Shown here: piece after piece, positions 7,705 to 14,354 of the stretch | Position numbering within the stretch: position 1 is the stretch's first letter | Layout of the letters: every line of letters starts with the position of its first letter | Virus record (IMG/VR): IMGVR_UViG_3300029681_000010 | DNA length: 42,262 nt | Origin: a virus | Reading direction: 5' to 3' (one strand) | Program-made: the position numbers and the translations under genes | The notes under the pieces: model-generated | The model's database searches: none | What the model saw: only the letters and a program-made list of their open reading frames with translations | What the model was told of the DNA's origin: nothing

Positions 7705-7736
7705 CCCCTCTCCCCCCTATAGTCCCCCCTCCCCCC
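7705..7736 (-). other. G-quadruplex / i-motif-capable tract (four G runs on the minus strand)
   Basis: Plus-strand C runs are cccc 7705-7708, cccccc 7712-7717, cccccc 7724-7729 and cccccc 7731-7736. On the minus strand this is G6-N1-G6-N6-G6-N3-G4. Confidence 0.6.
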
Positions 7737-7746
7737 TCTCATCCGT

Positions 7747-7787
7747 CAAAAAAATCCCGCCCCCAATCAAGGGACGGGATTTTTTTG
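7747..7787 (-). terminator. Bidirectional rho-independent terminator after the repressor gene
   Basis: Stem atcccgcccc / gggacgggat (one mismatch), flanked by A7 on one side and T7 on the other. It lies immediately 3' of the 7789 stop. Confidence 0.8.
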
Positions 7788-7788
7788 C

Positions 7789-8163
7789 TTACGGCTCCTG
7801 CCGGATCTTTTTTGCGATCCGCTCCAGCGCGCTCCAGTCCTGCGGGTCCAGCCGCGCCATGATCCGCAGGAGCTGGCGCTGGAACTCACGATCCGGATCC
7901 GTCAGCACCTGCGCCGCGTACTTCGCCAGCTCCTCCTCGAGAGACAGACGTACAAACATCTCTCCCTCTCCGGTGCGGAGCCAGTGCTCATCGACATGGA
8001 ACTCGCGGCAGATATCCGAGATCGTGCGGTCGCTGGGGATCGACCGCCCAGCCGCAATTTTTGAAACAAACGACTGAGAGACATTAAGCCTATCTGCAAA
8101 TGCCGTGTTTGTCATCCCAAGCGCTTGCATTATGGCCTTAATGCGCTCGTTTACGGTCGTCAC
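7789..8163 (-). CDS. XRE-family HTH repressor (CI-like, no peptidase domain)
   Basis: 124 aa. HTH segment IKAIMQALGMTNTAFADRLNVSQSFVSKIAAGRSIPS. GTG start with RBS GAGGAGGTG. Divergent from the early operon. Confidence 0.85.
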   Translation of the reverse strand: MTTVNERIKAIMQALGMTNTAFADRLNVSQSFVSKIAAGRSIPSDRTISDICREFHVDEHWLRTGEGEMFVRLSLEEELAKYAAQVLTDPDREFQRQLLRIMARLDPQDWSALERIAKKIRQEP

Positions 8164-8185
8164 GGGGTATCACCTCCTCGCTTAT

Positions 8186-8214
8186 ATTAAACCATGTAGC
8201 AGCAGAAAAGTCAA
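8186..8214 (-). promoter_or_regulatory. Repressor-gene promoter (PRM-like)
   Basis: On the minus strand: TTGACT (8214-8209), 17-nt spacer, TTTAAT (8191-8186). Confidence 0.55.
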
Positions 8215-8220
8215 GCAGAA

Positions 8221-8236
8221 CTGTGACCACGGAACA
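8221..8236. promoter_or_regulatory. Operator-like repeat copy 1 (ctgtgaccacggaaca)
   Basis: Matches 8273-8288 at 15 of 16 positions. Lies between the two divergent -35 boxes. Confidence 0.6.
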
Positions 8237-8245
8237 AATTTACGC

Positions 8246-8274
8246 TTGACATTGTGATTAAGTCCTGTTATACT
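8246..8274 (+). promoter_or_regulatory. Early promoter (PR-like), near-consensus
   Basis: TTGACA (8246-8251), 17-nt spacer, TATACT (8269-8274). Confidence 0.7.
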
Positions 8275-8288
8275 GTGACCATGGAACA
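8273..8288. promoter_or_regulatory. Operator-like repeat copy 2 (ctgtgaccatggaaca)
   Basis: Overlaps the -10 box and the start-site region of the early promoter. A third inverted CTGTGA half-site lies at 8304-8309. Confidence 0.6.
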
Positions 8289-8321
8289 TGTATCGGTGAC
8301 TGTATCACAGGAGGTGAGCAA

Positions 8322-8567
8322 GTGATGCAAGCAGTACGCATAATCGCAGTGATCCTTGAGACATACGCCCTGCATACATCGCTCATCGCGTTTGTCCGGC
8401 ACATCCGGGCAGTGTATGACGAGGTACGCAAGTATGGCGACGAGGACGGCGATATCCCATGCTATCACGCTTACATCAAGCGTGCGGTGTTGCTCGGTAC
8501 GATCATCGGGTCGCTCTTTGTGGCAATCTGCGACAACATGATCAAGTTTTGCCGCACAATGAGCTGA
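8322..8567 (+). CDS. Hypothetical early protein with C-terminal hydrophobic segment
   Basis: 81 aa. RBS AGGAGG. GTG at 8322 or ATG at 8325. First gene after the early promoter. No HTH seen. Confidence 0.55.
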   Translation: MMQAVRIIAVILETYALHTSLIAFVRHIRAVYDEVRKYGDEDGDIPCYHAYIKRAVLLGTIIGSLFVAICDNMIKFCRTMS

Positions 8568-8593
8568 GAGGTCAATTACAGGAGGTGACGTTT

Positions 8594-8746
8594 ATGACCC
8601 AGCAGGATAAGAGAGCATTTGCCCGCGTGGCAGCTGAGGTAAGCTGCCTGTCGCCGGAGCAGCGGAAGCTATTTCTGGCGTACGCAAGCGGGTTTGCCGA
8701 CGGCGCGAACGCCGCCGAAGATCGGAAGCAGAAGAAGGAGGAGTAA
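8594..8746 (+). CDS. Hypothetical small early protein (50 aa)
   Basis: RBS AGGAGGTG 6 nt before ATG 8594. The longer ORF-track start at 8459 has no RBS and overlaps the previous gene. Confidence 0.55.
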   Translation: MTQQDKRAFARVAAEVSCLSPEQRKLFLAYASGFADGANAAEDRKQKKEE

Positions 8747-8749
8747 CCC

Positions 8750-8938
8750 ATGGCAAAGCGAGAGAAGCCCCAGTACAAGGTGATTTTTGATCGCCCGCCG
8801 GATCGTGTAAAGATCCTGCTGAACCTCGCCATCGTGTCCTCGCACGGGGACTATGAGTACATCGACATCGTCGACCCGGAGACCAACACAAGACAGCGGT
8901 TCACGCCGCAGGACGTGGAAAGGAGACTTGCCCAGTGA
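8750..8938 (+). CDS. Hypothetical small early protein (62 aa)
   Basis: RBS AGGAGG. Tightly packed with its neighbours. Confidence 0.6.
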   Translation: MAKREKPQYKVIFDRPPDRVKILLNLAIVSSHGDYEYIDIVDPETNTRQRFTPQDVERRLAQ

Positions 8939-9027
8939 CCATCACATGGATTTGCGCCTACATCGGCGCCGCAGCAATCGCCGCCTCGGCGGTGCGGCTC
9001 ATCTGCCGGATCGGGGGTGACCGCTGA
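8935..9027 (+). CDS. Possible 30-aa membrane peptide (absent from ORF track)
   Basis: GTGA overlap with the upstream stop and TGATG overlap with the downstream start. Translation VTITWICAYIGAAAIAASAVRLICRIGGDR is mostly hydrophobic. Confidence 0.35.
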   Translation: MTITWICAYIGAAAIAASAVRLICRIGGDR

Positions 9028-9245
9028 TGCGCGCGGAAGATTGGATTTCCGTCGAGGATGCCCTCCCCCCGTGCAGCGGGGAGTACCTAATCCTCACGCC
9101 GACGCCGTGCGTCCTGTCCGTGGAGTACTCCGCCGTCCATCAGGCTTTTAATGCCCGGGACGAAGTTCCGGATGCGCCCCACGCATTAGAGGCGACGCAC
9201 TGGATGCCGATCGTCCTCCCCGAAGGAGGCTGCGGGGATGATTAA
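9027..9245 (+). CDS. DUF551-like phage protein
   Basis: 72 aa. The WISVEDALPP ... THWMPIVLPEG pattern is what I recall for DUF551. Confidence 0.55.
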   Translation: MRAEDWISVEDALPPCSGEYLILTPTPCVLSVEYSAVHQAFNARDEVPDAPHALEATHWMPIVLPEGGCGDD

Positions 9246-9615
9246 GTGTAAAAAGTGCCGCTACGGCGTCGGCGCCGGCGTGATCGGCTATCTCTGCAAC
9301 TATGCCGAGATCAAAGGGCACACCAAACTGTATGCCTTTGCCGCGGAGTACGCCGAGGGCAAGCCCCTCACCGGCTGCGGCTGCGTGGCCTTCGAGCCGC
9401 GCGGAGGCCGCCGCCGGAGGGTGAAGCTTCGGCTGCCCCCGCCGAGCGGGAGGCCCTCAGCCCCGATCTATGATCAGATGCGCCAGCTGTATTCTGCCGG
9501 CAAAAATGACGTCGAGATCAGCCGCGAGGTCGGCACAAGCAAGTCCTATGTCGCCCGCTGGCGGCGGGGCGAGTGCCTGCCGCCCAACCAGGTCGGCAGC
9601 AAACGCTGCAAGTAG
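9238..9615 (+). CDS. Putative DNA-binding protein (N-terminal Cys cluster, C-terminal HTH)
   Basis: 125 aa. CKKC...CNY...CGC cluster, an Arg-rich linker, and the HTH-like segment NDVEISREVGTSKSYVARWRRG. RBS AAGGAGG. Confidence 0.6.
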   Translation: MIKCKKCRYGVGAGVIGYLCNYAEIKGHTKLYAFAAEYAEGKPLTGCGCVAFEPRGGRRRRVKLRLPPPSGRPSAPIYDQMRQLYSAGKNDVEISREVGTSKSYVARWRRGECLPPNQVGSKRCK

Positions 9616-9705
9616 CTGGCCGAGATGACCGGCAAGCCGTATCAGACGGTGAGCAAGGCCATTGGAAAATCGAAGAACACCCGGTATACATGGGTGGACA
9701 TATAA
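9616..9705 (+). pseudogene. Remnant of an HTH gene paralogous to 10880-11092
   Basis: In frame after the TAG at 9613-9615. Encodes LAEMTGKPYQTVSKAIGKSKNTRYTWVDI. The 25 nt at 9614-9638 are identical to 10950-10974. It lacks the N-terminal half of the paralog. Confidence 0.55.
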
Positions 9706-9720
9706 GGGAGGAACCAGGAC

Positions 9721-10077
9721 ATGAACGAAGATCTCAGAAAATCCATCCTGCAGATGTGCAACGGCGCATTTCAGGAAAGGGCGGACTACGCGATGGCGGC
9801 AATTGTGGAGAACATTCTCGACCCGAACACGACGGCGAAGGCAAAGCGCAAGGTGACAATCACGCTGGAGCTTTGCCCCGACGACAGCCGTCAGAACGTC
9901 GTTGTCAATTGCTCGGTGACGACCAAGCTCGCACCGGCGAACCCCGTGACGACGATGCTGTATGTGGCGGATCGTGACACGGTGCTCGAGATGACGCCGC
10001 AGGTGCCGGGACAGCTCTCCGTGGACTGCACGGAGCAGGGCGAGCCGGCGGAACTCAAACTCATTAAATTTGCGTAA
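9721..10077 (+). CDS. Hypothetical protein
   Basis: 118 aa. RBS GGGAGG. Confidence 0.65.
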   Translation: MNEDLRKSILQMCNGAFQERADYAMAAIVENILDPNTTAKAKRKVTITLELCPDDSRQNVVVNCSVTTKLAPANPVTTMLYVADRDTVLEMTPQVPGQLSVDCTEQGEPAELKLIKFA

Positions 10078-10085
10078 GGAGGAGA

Positions 10086-10826
10086 ATGAACATGCTGAAG
10101 GCAGCTATCGAAAAGATCATTGAGGTATCCGGGCCGAAGATCGTGACGGACAACGCGGGCACTATGTACAGCGTCTCGAACGGTGGTATCGAGCAGATCC
10201 GCCCTGAGCTGGATTACGCCGATCCGATCAGCCTGAACAGTCTGGACGCGCTGGTGCAGATGGTGAAAACCGAGGCCACACTGCTCGAGGGGAGCCGGAT
10301 CTACCTGTCTGTGCGCGATCATCTGACGGTGTCCTGCTTCGGGCATCCCCGCAATGACCTCCGCCAGAAGCGCATCGTCTACTATGATGCGCAGGCGAAG
10401 GACGTTCCCGGATGGGACAGCCAGACGAAGCTCCCGTTTGATCAGGCGGCGGTGGCCCTGCAGACGCGCTTTCAGGAGAGCGCAGACCGGACGTACACAC
10501 TGACACTGCTGAGCCAGATCACGACCGGCGCGAAGATCACCTACAACGACATCGGCGTTGCGACGACGGTCGTGACGTCGAAGGGCGTCTCGCTCCAGCA
10601 GAACAGCACGATCCGCCCGCTGGTGAAACTGCGGCCTTACCGCACGTTTCAGGAGGTGGAGCAGCCGGAGGGGCTGTTCCTGATCCGCATCGACGAGCGC
10701 GGGATCACCTTTACGGAGGCGGACGGCGGCATGTGGAAGCTCGCAGCGCGGCAGACGATCAAGTCGTATCTGAGCGAAGCGCTGAAGGACGAGATTGAGA
10801 GGGATCTTGTAACGGTGATGATGTAA
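10086..10826 (+). CDS. Hypothetical protein (possibly DUF2303/YfdQ-like; weak recollection)
   Basis: 246 aa. RBS AGGAGG. Start at 10086 or 10092. Confidence 0.65.
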   Translation: MNMLKAAIEKIIEVSGPKIVTDNAGTMYSVSNGGIEQIRPELDYADPISLNSLDALVQMVKTEATLLEGSRIYLSVRDHLTVSCFGHPRNDLRQKRIVYYDAQAKDVPGWDSQTKLPFDQAAVALQTRFQESADRTYTLTLLSQITTGAKITYNDIGVATTVVTSKGVSLQQNSTIRPLVKLRPYRTFQEVEQPEGLFLIRIDERGITFTEADGGMWKLAARQTIKSYLSEALKDEIERDLVTVMM

Positions 10827-10879
10827 CGGACATGCCCCGGCGGGGACGGCCCGCCGGGGCGCAAGGGAGGGTGATGCTG

Positions 10880-11092
10880 ATGCGGGTGTACCAGCTTGTT
10901 ACCCGCGACAAATACCGGCTCCCGATCGCACAGGCCGACTCCATCGCCGAGCTGGCCGAGATGACCGGCAAGCCATACGCCACCGTCCGCAAGGCGTTCA
11001 CCCGCCTTTTTATGGGCGGTCGAGCGAACCAATATCAGTACGTTGATATCGACACCGAGGAGGAGACAACCCATGACATACATCTGCGATAA
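10880..11092 (+). CDS. Small HTH protein
   Basis: RBS GGGAGGG 9 nt before ATG 10880. HTH-like segment SIAELAEMTGKPYATVRKAF. Confidence 0.55.
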   Translation: MRVYQLVTRDKYRLPIAQADSIAELAEMTGKPYATVRKAFTRLFMGGRANQYQYVDIDTEEETTHDIHLR

Positions 11093-11417
11093 CTGCGGCG
11101 GCTCGTTTACCGCGCCGCTGGAAAAACACTACGACTCGCCGGAGTACGGCTCCGTCACCGACATCTACTGCCCGCACTGCGGCGAGGAGCTGGGCAACCT
11201 CGACGAGTACGAGGCCGACGAGTGCCCCGTTTGCGGCGGGGACAAAAACAAATCCGATCTGCTTTGCCCGCACTGCCGCCTCGCGACGCGCAGCTTGCTC
11301 CGGCTTCAGCTCGGCTGCTTTACGGCTGACCAGCTGGCGTACATCGATCAGCTCTGGGAGGATCACACCGCCTCCGAGATGGCCTCCGGCGCGTGGAAGG
11401 AGGCCAGATCATGCTAA
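11073..11417 (+). CDS. Zinc-ribbon protein
   Basis: Start MTYICDNCGG with RBS GAGGAGGAG. Four CxxC pairs: CDNC, CPHC, CPVC, CPHC. Confidence 0.6.
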   Translation: MTYICDNCGGSFTAPLEKHYDSPEYGSVTDIYCPHCGEELGNLDEYEADECPVCGGDKNKSDLLCPHCRLATRSLLRLQLGCFTADQLAYIDQLWEDHTASEMASGAWKEARSC

Positions 11418-12055
11418 AGCCGTTTGCCGAGCTGTCCCGGCTCGATGTGCGCCCGTATTGCTCGCTGCGCGACGCAAAGGACGAGCGCGGGAACCCCATC
11501 AAAGTCCCGTATCTCAGTTGGGCAAAATGCGCCCAGCTCCTGCACGAAAACGGCGCGGAGAGCGTGTTTTACACGCCCGTGCCGTGCCCCGGTACCGGGA
11601 CATACCTTTGGCCGCAGATGCGCGTAGAGACCAGCAAGGGGCGCGTCACGGAGTGCTGGTTTGTCCGCGTGGAGATCCACATCGATGACCTGGTGTTTCC
11701 CTACGACATGCCGCTCCTCAATGGCACGCTTGTGGTCTATGAGGATACCCTCAACCAGCTGCGGATCAACAATGCGCTCGCCCGCGCATTTGTCAAGGGC
11801 GTGGCGATCCGCACCGGCCTCGGCTTTGCCCTCTGGGCGGACGGAGACGGCGACGACGGCGAGGACGACCTCTCCCGCCATAACATCTACGCCGTCAAGG
11901 AGCGCCTTGAGCGGCTCATCACCGCCAAGGAGCAGCGCGGCATGAGCCATCGCGATCTCCTCGCCGCGCTCAACATCAGCGATAAGCAGCTGGCGACGAT
12001 GATGGGCTGGTTCGATCGCCTCGACCATCTGGAGCGGGCGGTGGGCAAGCTATGA
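11411..12055 (+). CDS. Single-strand annealing protein, Rad52-like (Sak / DUF1071 type)
   Basis: Motifs VPYLSWAKCAQLL and NALARAFVKGVAIRTGLGFALWADGDGDD. RBS AAGGAGG 7 nt before ATG 11411. An exonuclease gene follows. Confidence 0.65.
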   Translation: MLKPFAELSRLDVRPYCSLRDAKDERGNPIKVPYLSWAKCAQLLHENGAESVFYTPVPCPGTGTYLWPQMRVETSKGRVTECWFVRVEIHIDDLVFPYDMPLLNGTLVVYEDTLNQLRINNALARAFVKGVAIRTGLGFALWADGDGDDGEDDLSRHNIYAVKERLERLITAKEQRGMSHRDLLAALNISDKQLATMMGWFDRLDHLERAVGKL

Positions 12056-12633
12056 TTCGGGATCAGGACCGCTCCGGCTGGTTTGGTGCCAGCGACACGG
12101 CGCAGATCATGCGCGCGTGGGACACCGAGTCGTTCCGGCGCTGGTGGGCGGTGAAACTCGGCATCCGCGCAGAGACCTTCGCCTCGCCCGCTATGCGGGC
12201 GGGGACGGCGTATGAGCATCGCATCCTCGACGCGCTCGGCATCGTGGAGCGTGATCGCCAGATCCGTATCCCGTCGCTCAGACTCCGCGTAAACCTCGAC
12301 GGCGAGACCCCCGCAACGATCTGCGAGGTCAAAACGCACAAGGGCGATAAGCCCTTTGCCGTCTCAAAGGCATACCGCCAGCAGTGTCAGGTCGAGATGT
12401 TCGCCTCCGGCCACGGACTCCGCCGCCGGAAGGAGTGCCAGATCATCGCCTATCGGCTCACCGATGCCGAGTACGGCAACTACTTCCTCCCGATCCAGAT
12501 GGACCGGATATCCCGGCACCCGATCCCGTATGACGCGGAGTGGATCGAGCGGGCGTATCTCCCGCGGCTAAAATACCTGGCGGCGTGCCTGAAGGCGGGA
12601 CGGTGGCCGAGGGAGGAGGAGATCCCCATATGA
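12052..12633 (+). CDS. YqaJ-type (lambda Exo-like, PD-(D/E)xK) recombination exonuclease
   Basis: 193 aa. Motifs GASDTAQIM, GTAYEHRIL, LDGE...ICEVKT and YRQQCQVEM. ATGA overlap with the annealing protein gene. Confidence 0.75.
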   Translation: MIRDQDRSGWFGASDTAQIMRAWDTESFRRWWAVKLGIRAETFASPAMRAGTAYEHRILDALGIVERDRQIRIPSLRLRVNLDGETPATICEVKTHKGDKPFAVSKAYRQQCQVEMFASGHGLRRRKECQIIAYRLTDAEYGNYFLPIQMDRISRHPIPYDAEWIERAYLPRLKYLAACLKAGRWPREEEIPI

Positions 12634-13166
12634 CGGAGGTAAAATTCGACCGGGTCAGCTGGCAGCAGGATCGGGACGGGGTATGGCTCTGCCTGCGGGC
12701 GGAGGCCCCGTCGCAAGTGGCGGAGGTATGCCGCCAGTACGCAGAACCGAAGAAGTACGTCGCCGAGCTGAAGGAATGGCGGCAGAAGCGGAGTCTCGAT
12801 GCCAACCGCTACATGTGGCAGCTGCTCGACAAGCTCGGTGAGGCGCTCGGCACGACGAAAGAAGAGCTTTACATCGGGTACGTTCGGAGAATCGGGCCGT
12901 TCAAGGATTTCCATCTGGCGGAGGACGAGGCCAAGACCTTCCGCAAGGCGTGGGAGATGCTGGGGACGGGCTGGCCGACGGAACAGGTCGGCTTTACGGC
13001 GGACGGCGAGCAGATCGTGATCCGCGCCTATTACGGCTCGTCCACCTACAACAGCCGCCGCATGGCGCGGCTGATCGACGAGGTGGTCGGCGGCTGCAAG
13101 GAGGCGGGCATCGAGACGCTGACGCCGATGGAGCTGGATCGGATGAAGGAGGAATGGGGGAGGTGA
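12630..13166 (+). CDS. ninB: NinB/Orf-family recombination mediator
   Basis: Start MTEVKF (ATGA overlap). RSLDANRYMWQLLDKLG and STYNSRRMARLIDEV resemble lambda Orf RSLDQNRKLWACLGDV and STSRMRVGEFAELLELI, as recalled. Confidence 0.55.
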   Translation: MTEVKFDRVSWQQDRDGVWLCLRAEAPSQVAEVCRQYAEPKKYVAELKEWRQKRSLDANRYMWQLLDKLGEALGTTKEELYIGYVRRIGPFKDFHLAEDEAKTFRKAWEMLGTGWPTEQVGFTADGEQIVIRAYYGSSTYNSRRMARLIDEVVGGCKEAGIETLTPMELDRMKEEWGR

Positions 13167-13181
13167 TGCAGCGTGTGCGGA

Positions 13182-13464
13182 ATGGATAGAAAGTGCTTCC
13201 TTTGTGGGCGAAACGGAGCGGACGATCCCTTAGACCGCCACCATTAGCCACATCTTCGGCGGCGCGTACCGCCGCAAAAGCGAGGTCTACGGGCTGACTG
13301 TGTACCTGTGCCATAACAGATGCCACATCTTCGGGCCGTCCTCCGTCCACCGCAGCGGCGCACAGATGCGCCGTCTGCGCCGTTACGGACAACTCAAGTG
13401 TATGCAGGAACAGGGCTGGAGCGTGGATGATTTTATCCGCGCATTTGGTAAAAACTATCTATAA
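13182..13464 (+). pseudogene. Small Cys/His phage protein (HHIFGG family) broken by a 7-nt insertion
   Basis: Frame 1 reads MDRKCFLCGRNGADDPLDRHH and then TAG (13245-13247). The +1 frame from 13249 reads HIFGGAYRRKSEVYGLTVYLCHNRCHIFGPSSVHRSGAQMRRLRRYGQLKCMQEQGWSVDDFIRAFGKNYL. Removing 7 nt (cattagc) restores LDRHHIFGG. Confidence 0.7.
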
Positions 13465-13485
13465 CAACAAAAAGGAGACAGCAAC

Positions 13486-13938
13486 ATGAACTCAGCGTAT
13501 GTAAAAATCAACGCAGAGGCCATCCGCAGACACTGCGTGGCCAGCGGCTACACGATGGCCGATCTTGCGCGCCGCATGGGGCGCACCCAGTCGTATTTTT
13601 CCAACTGCCTCTCGCGAGGCTCGATTTCGGCCTCGGCGTATCCGCTGCTTGTGGAGGTCGCCGGTGTTGATCCTGCTGCGTTTCTGGCGCGGGAGACGCC
13701 GCCCAAAACGGAGGCGCAGCACGCCCCCCCCCAGCCCGGCGGGCGGTACAGCCTCACTCTGCAGACAAAGCCGGACCGCATCCGTCTCGCCCTTTGCGAT
13801 GGCGCCAAGGAGATCTCCTACGCGTGGAGCAAGCTGCGTGGATCGTCCGAGCTGGATCTGGCACAGGCGATCTCCTACGCCGCCCACCTGATCTACAAAT
13901 TCTCCGAGCAGCGCACACTCGGGACGGAGGACAAGTAA
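13486..13938 (+). CDS. HTH (XRE-like) domain protein
   Basis: 150 aa. HTH segment IRRHCVASGYTMADLARRMGRTQSYFSNCLSRGS. RBS AAGGAG. Confidence 0.7.
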   Translation: MNSAYVKINAEAIRRHCVASGYTMADLARRMGRTQSYFSNCLSRGSISASAYPLLVEVAGVDPAAFLARETPPKTEAQHAPPQPGGRYSLTLQTKPDRIRLALCDGAKEISYAWSKLRGSSELDLAQAISYAAHLIYKFSEQRTLGTEDK

Positions 13939-14346
13939 ATGCTCAATAAGATTGTCATCATGGGTCGCCTGACCCGTGACCCCGAGCTGCGCAGAACGCA
14001 GTCAGGAACCCCTGTCACCAGCTTTTCTCTGGCCGTCGACCGCGACTTCAAGTCCCAGTCCGGCGACAAGGAGACGGACTTCATCGACGTGGTCGCGTGG
14101 CGCAATACGGCGGAGTTCGCCGCAAAGTATTTCACAAAGGGGCGTATGGCTATTGCGTCCGGTCGGCTGCAGATTCGCGACTGGCAGGACAACAACGGCA
14201 ACAAGCGCCGCAGCGCGGAGGTTATCGCCGACAGCATCTATTTCGGTGACAGCAAGCCGCAGGACGCGCAGCCAGCAGTGCACGCCGTAAACGTGGATGC
14301 ATCCGACTTCGACGAAATCGAAGATGATCCGGATATCCCGTTCTGA
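13939..14346 (+). CDS. ssb: Single-stranded DNA-binding protein
   Basis: 135 aa. OB-fold signature MLNKIVIMGRLTRDPELRRTQSGTPVTSFSLAV...DFIDVVAWRNTAE and an acidic C-terminal tail ending in DDPDIPF. Confidence 0.95.
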   Translation: MLNKIVIMGRLTRDPELRRTQSGTPVTSFSLAVDRDFKSQSGDKETDFIDVVAWRNTAEFAAKYFTKGRMAIASGRLQIRDWQDNNGNKRRSAEVIADSIYFGDSKPQDAQPAVHAVNVDASDFDEIEDDPDIPF

Positions 14347-14354
14347 GGTGTGCC

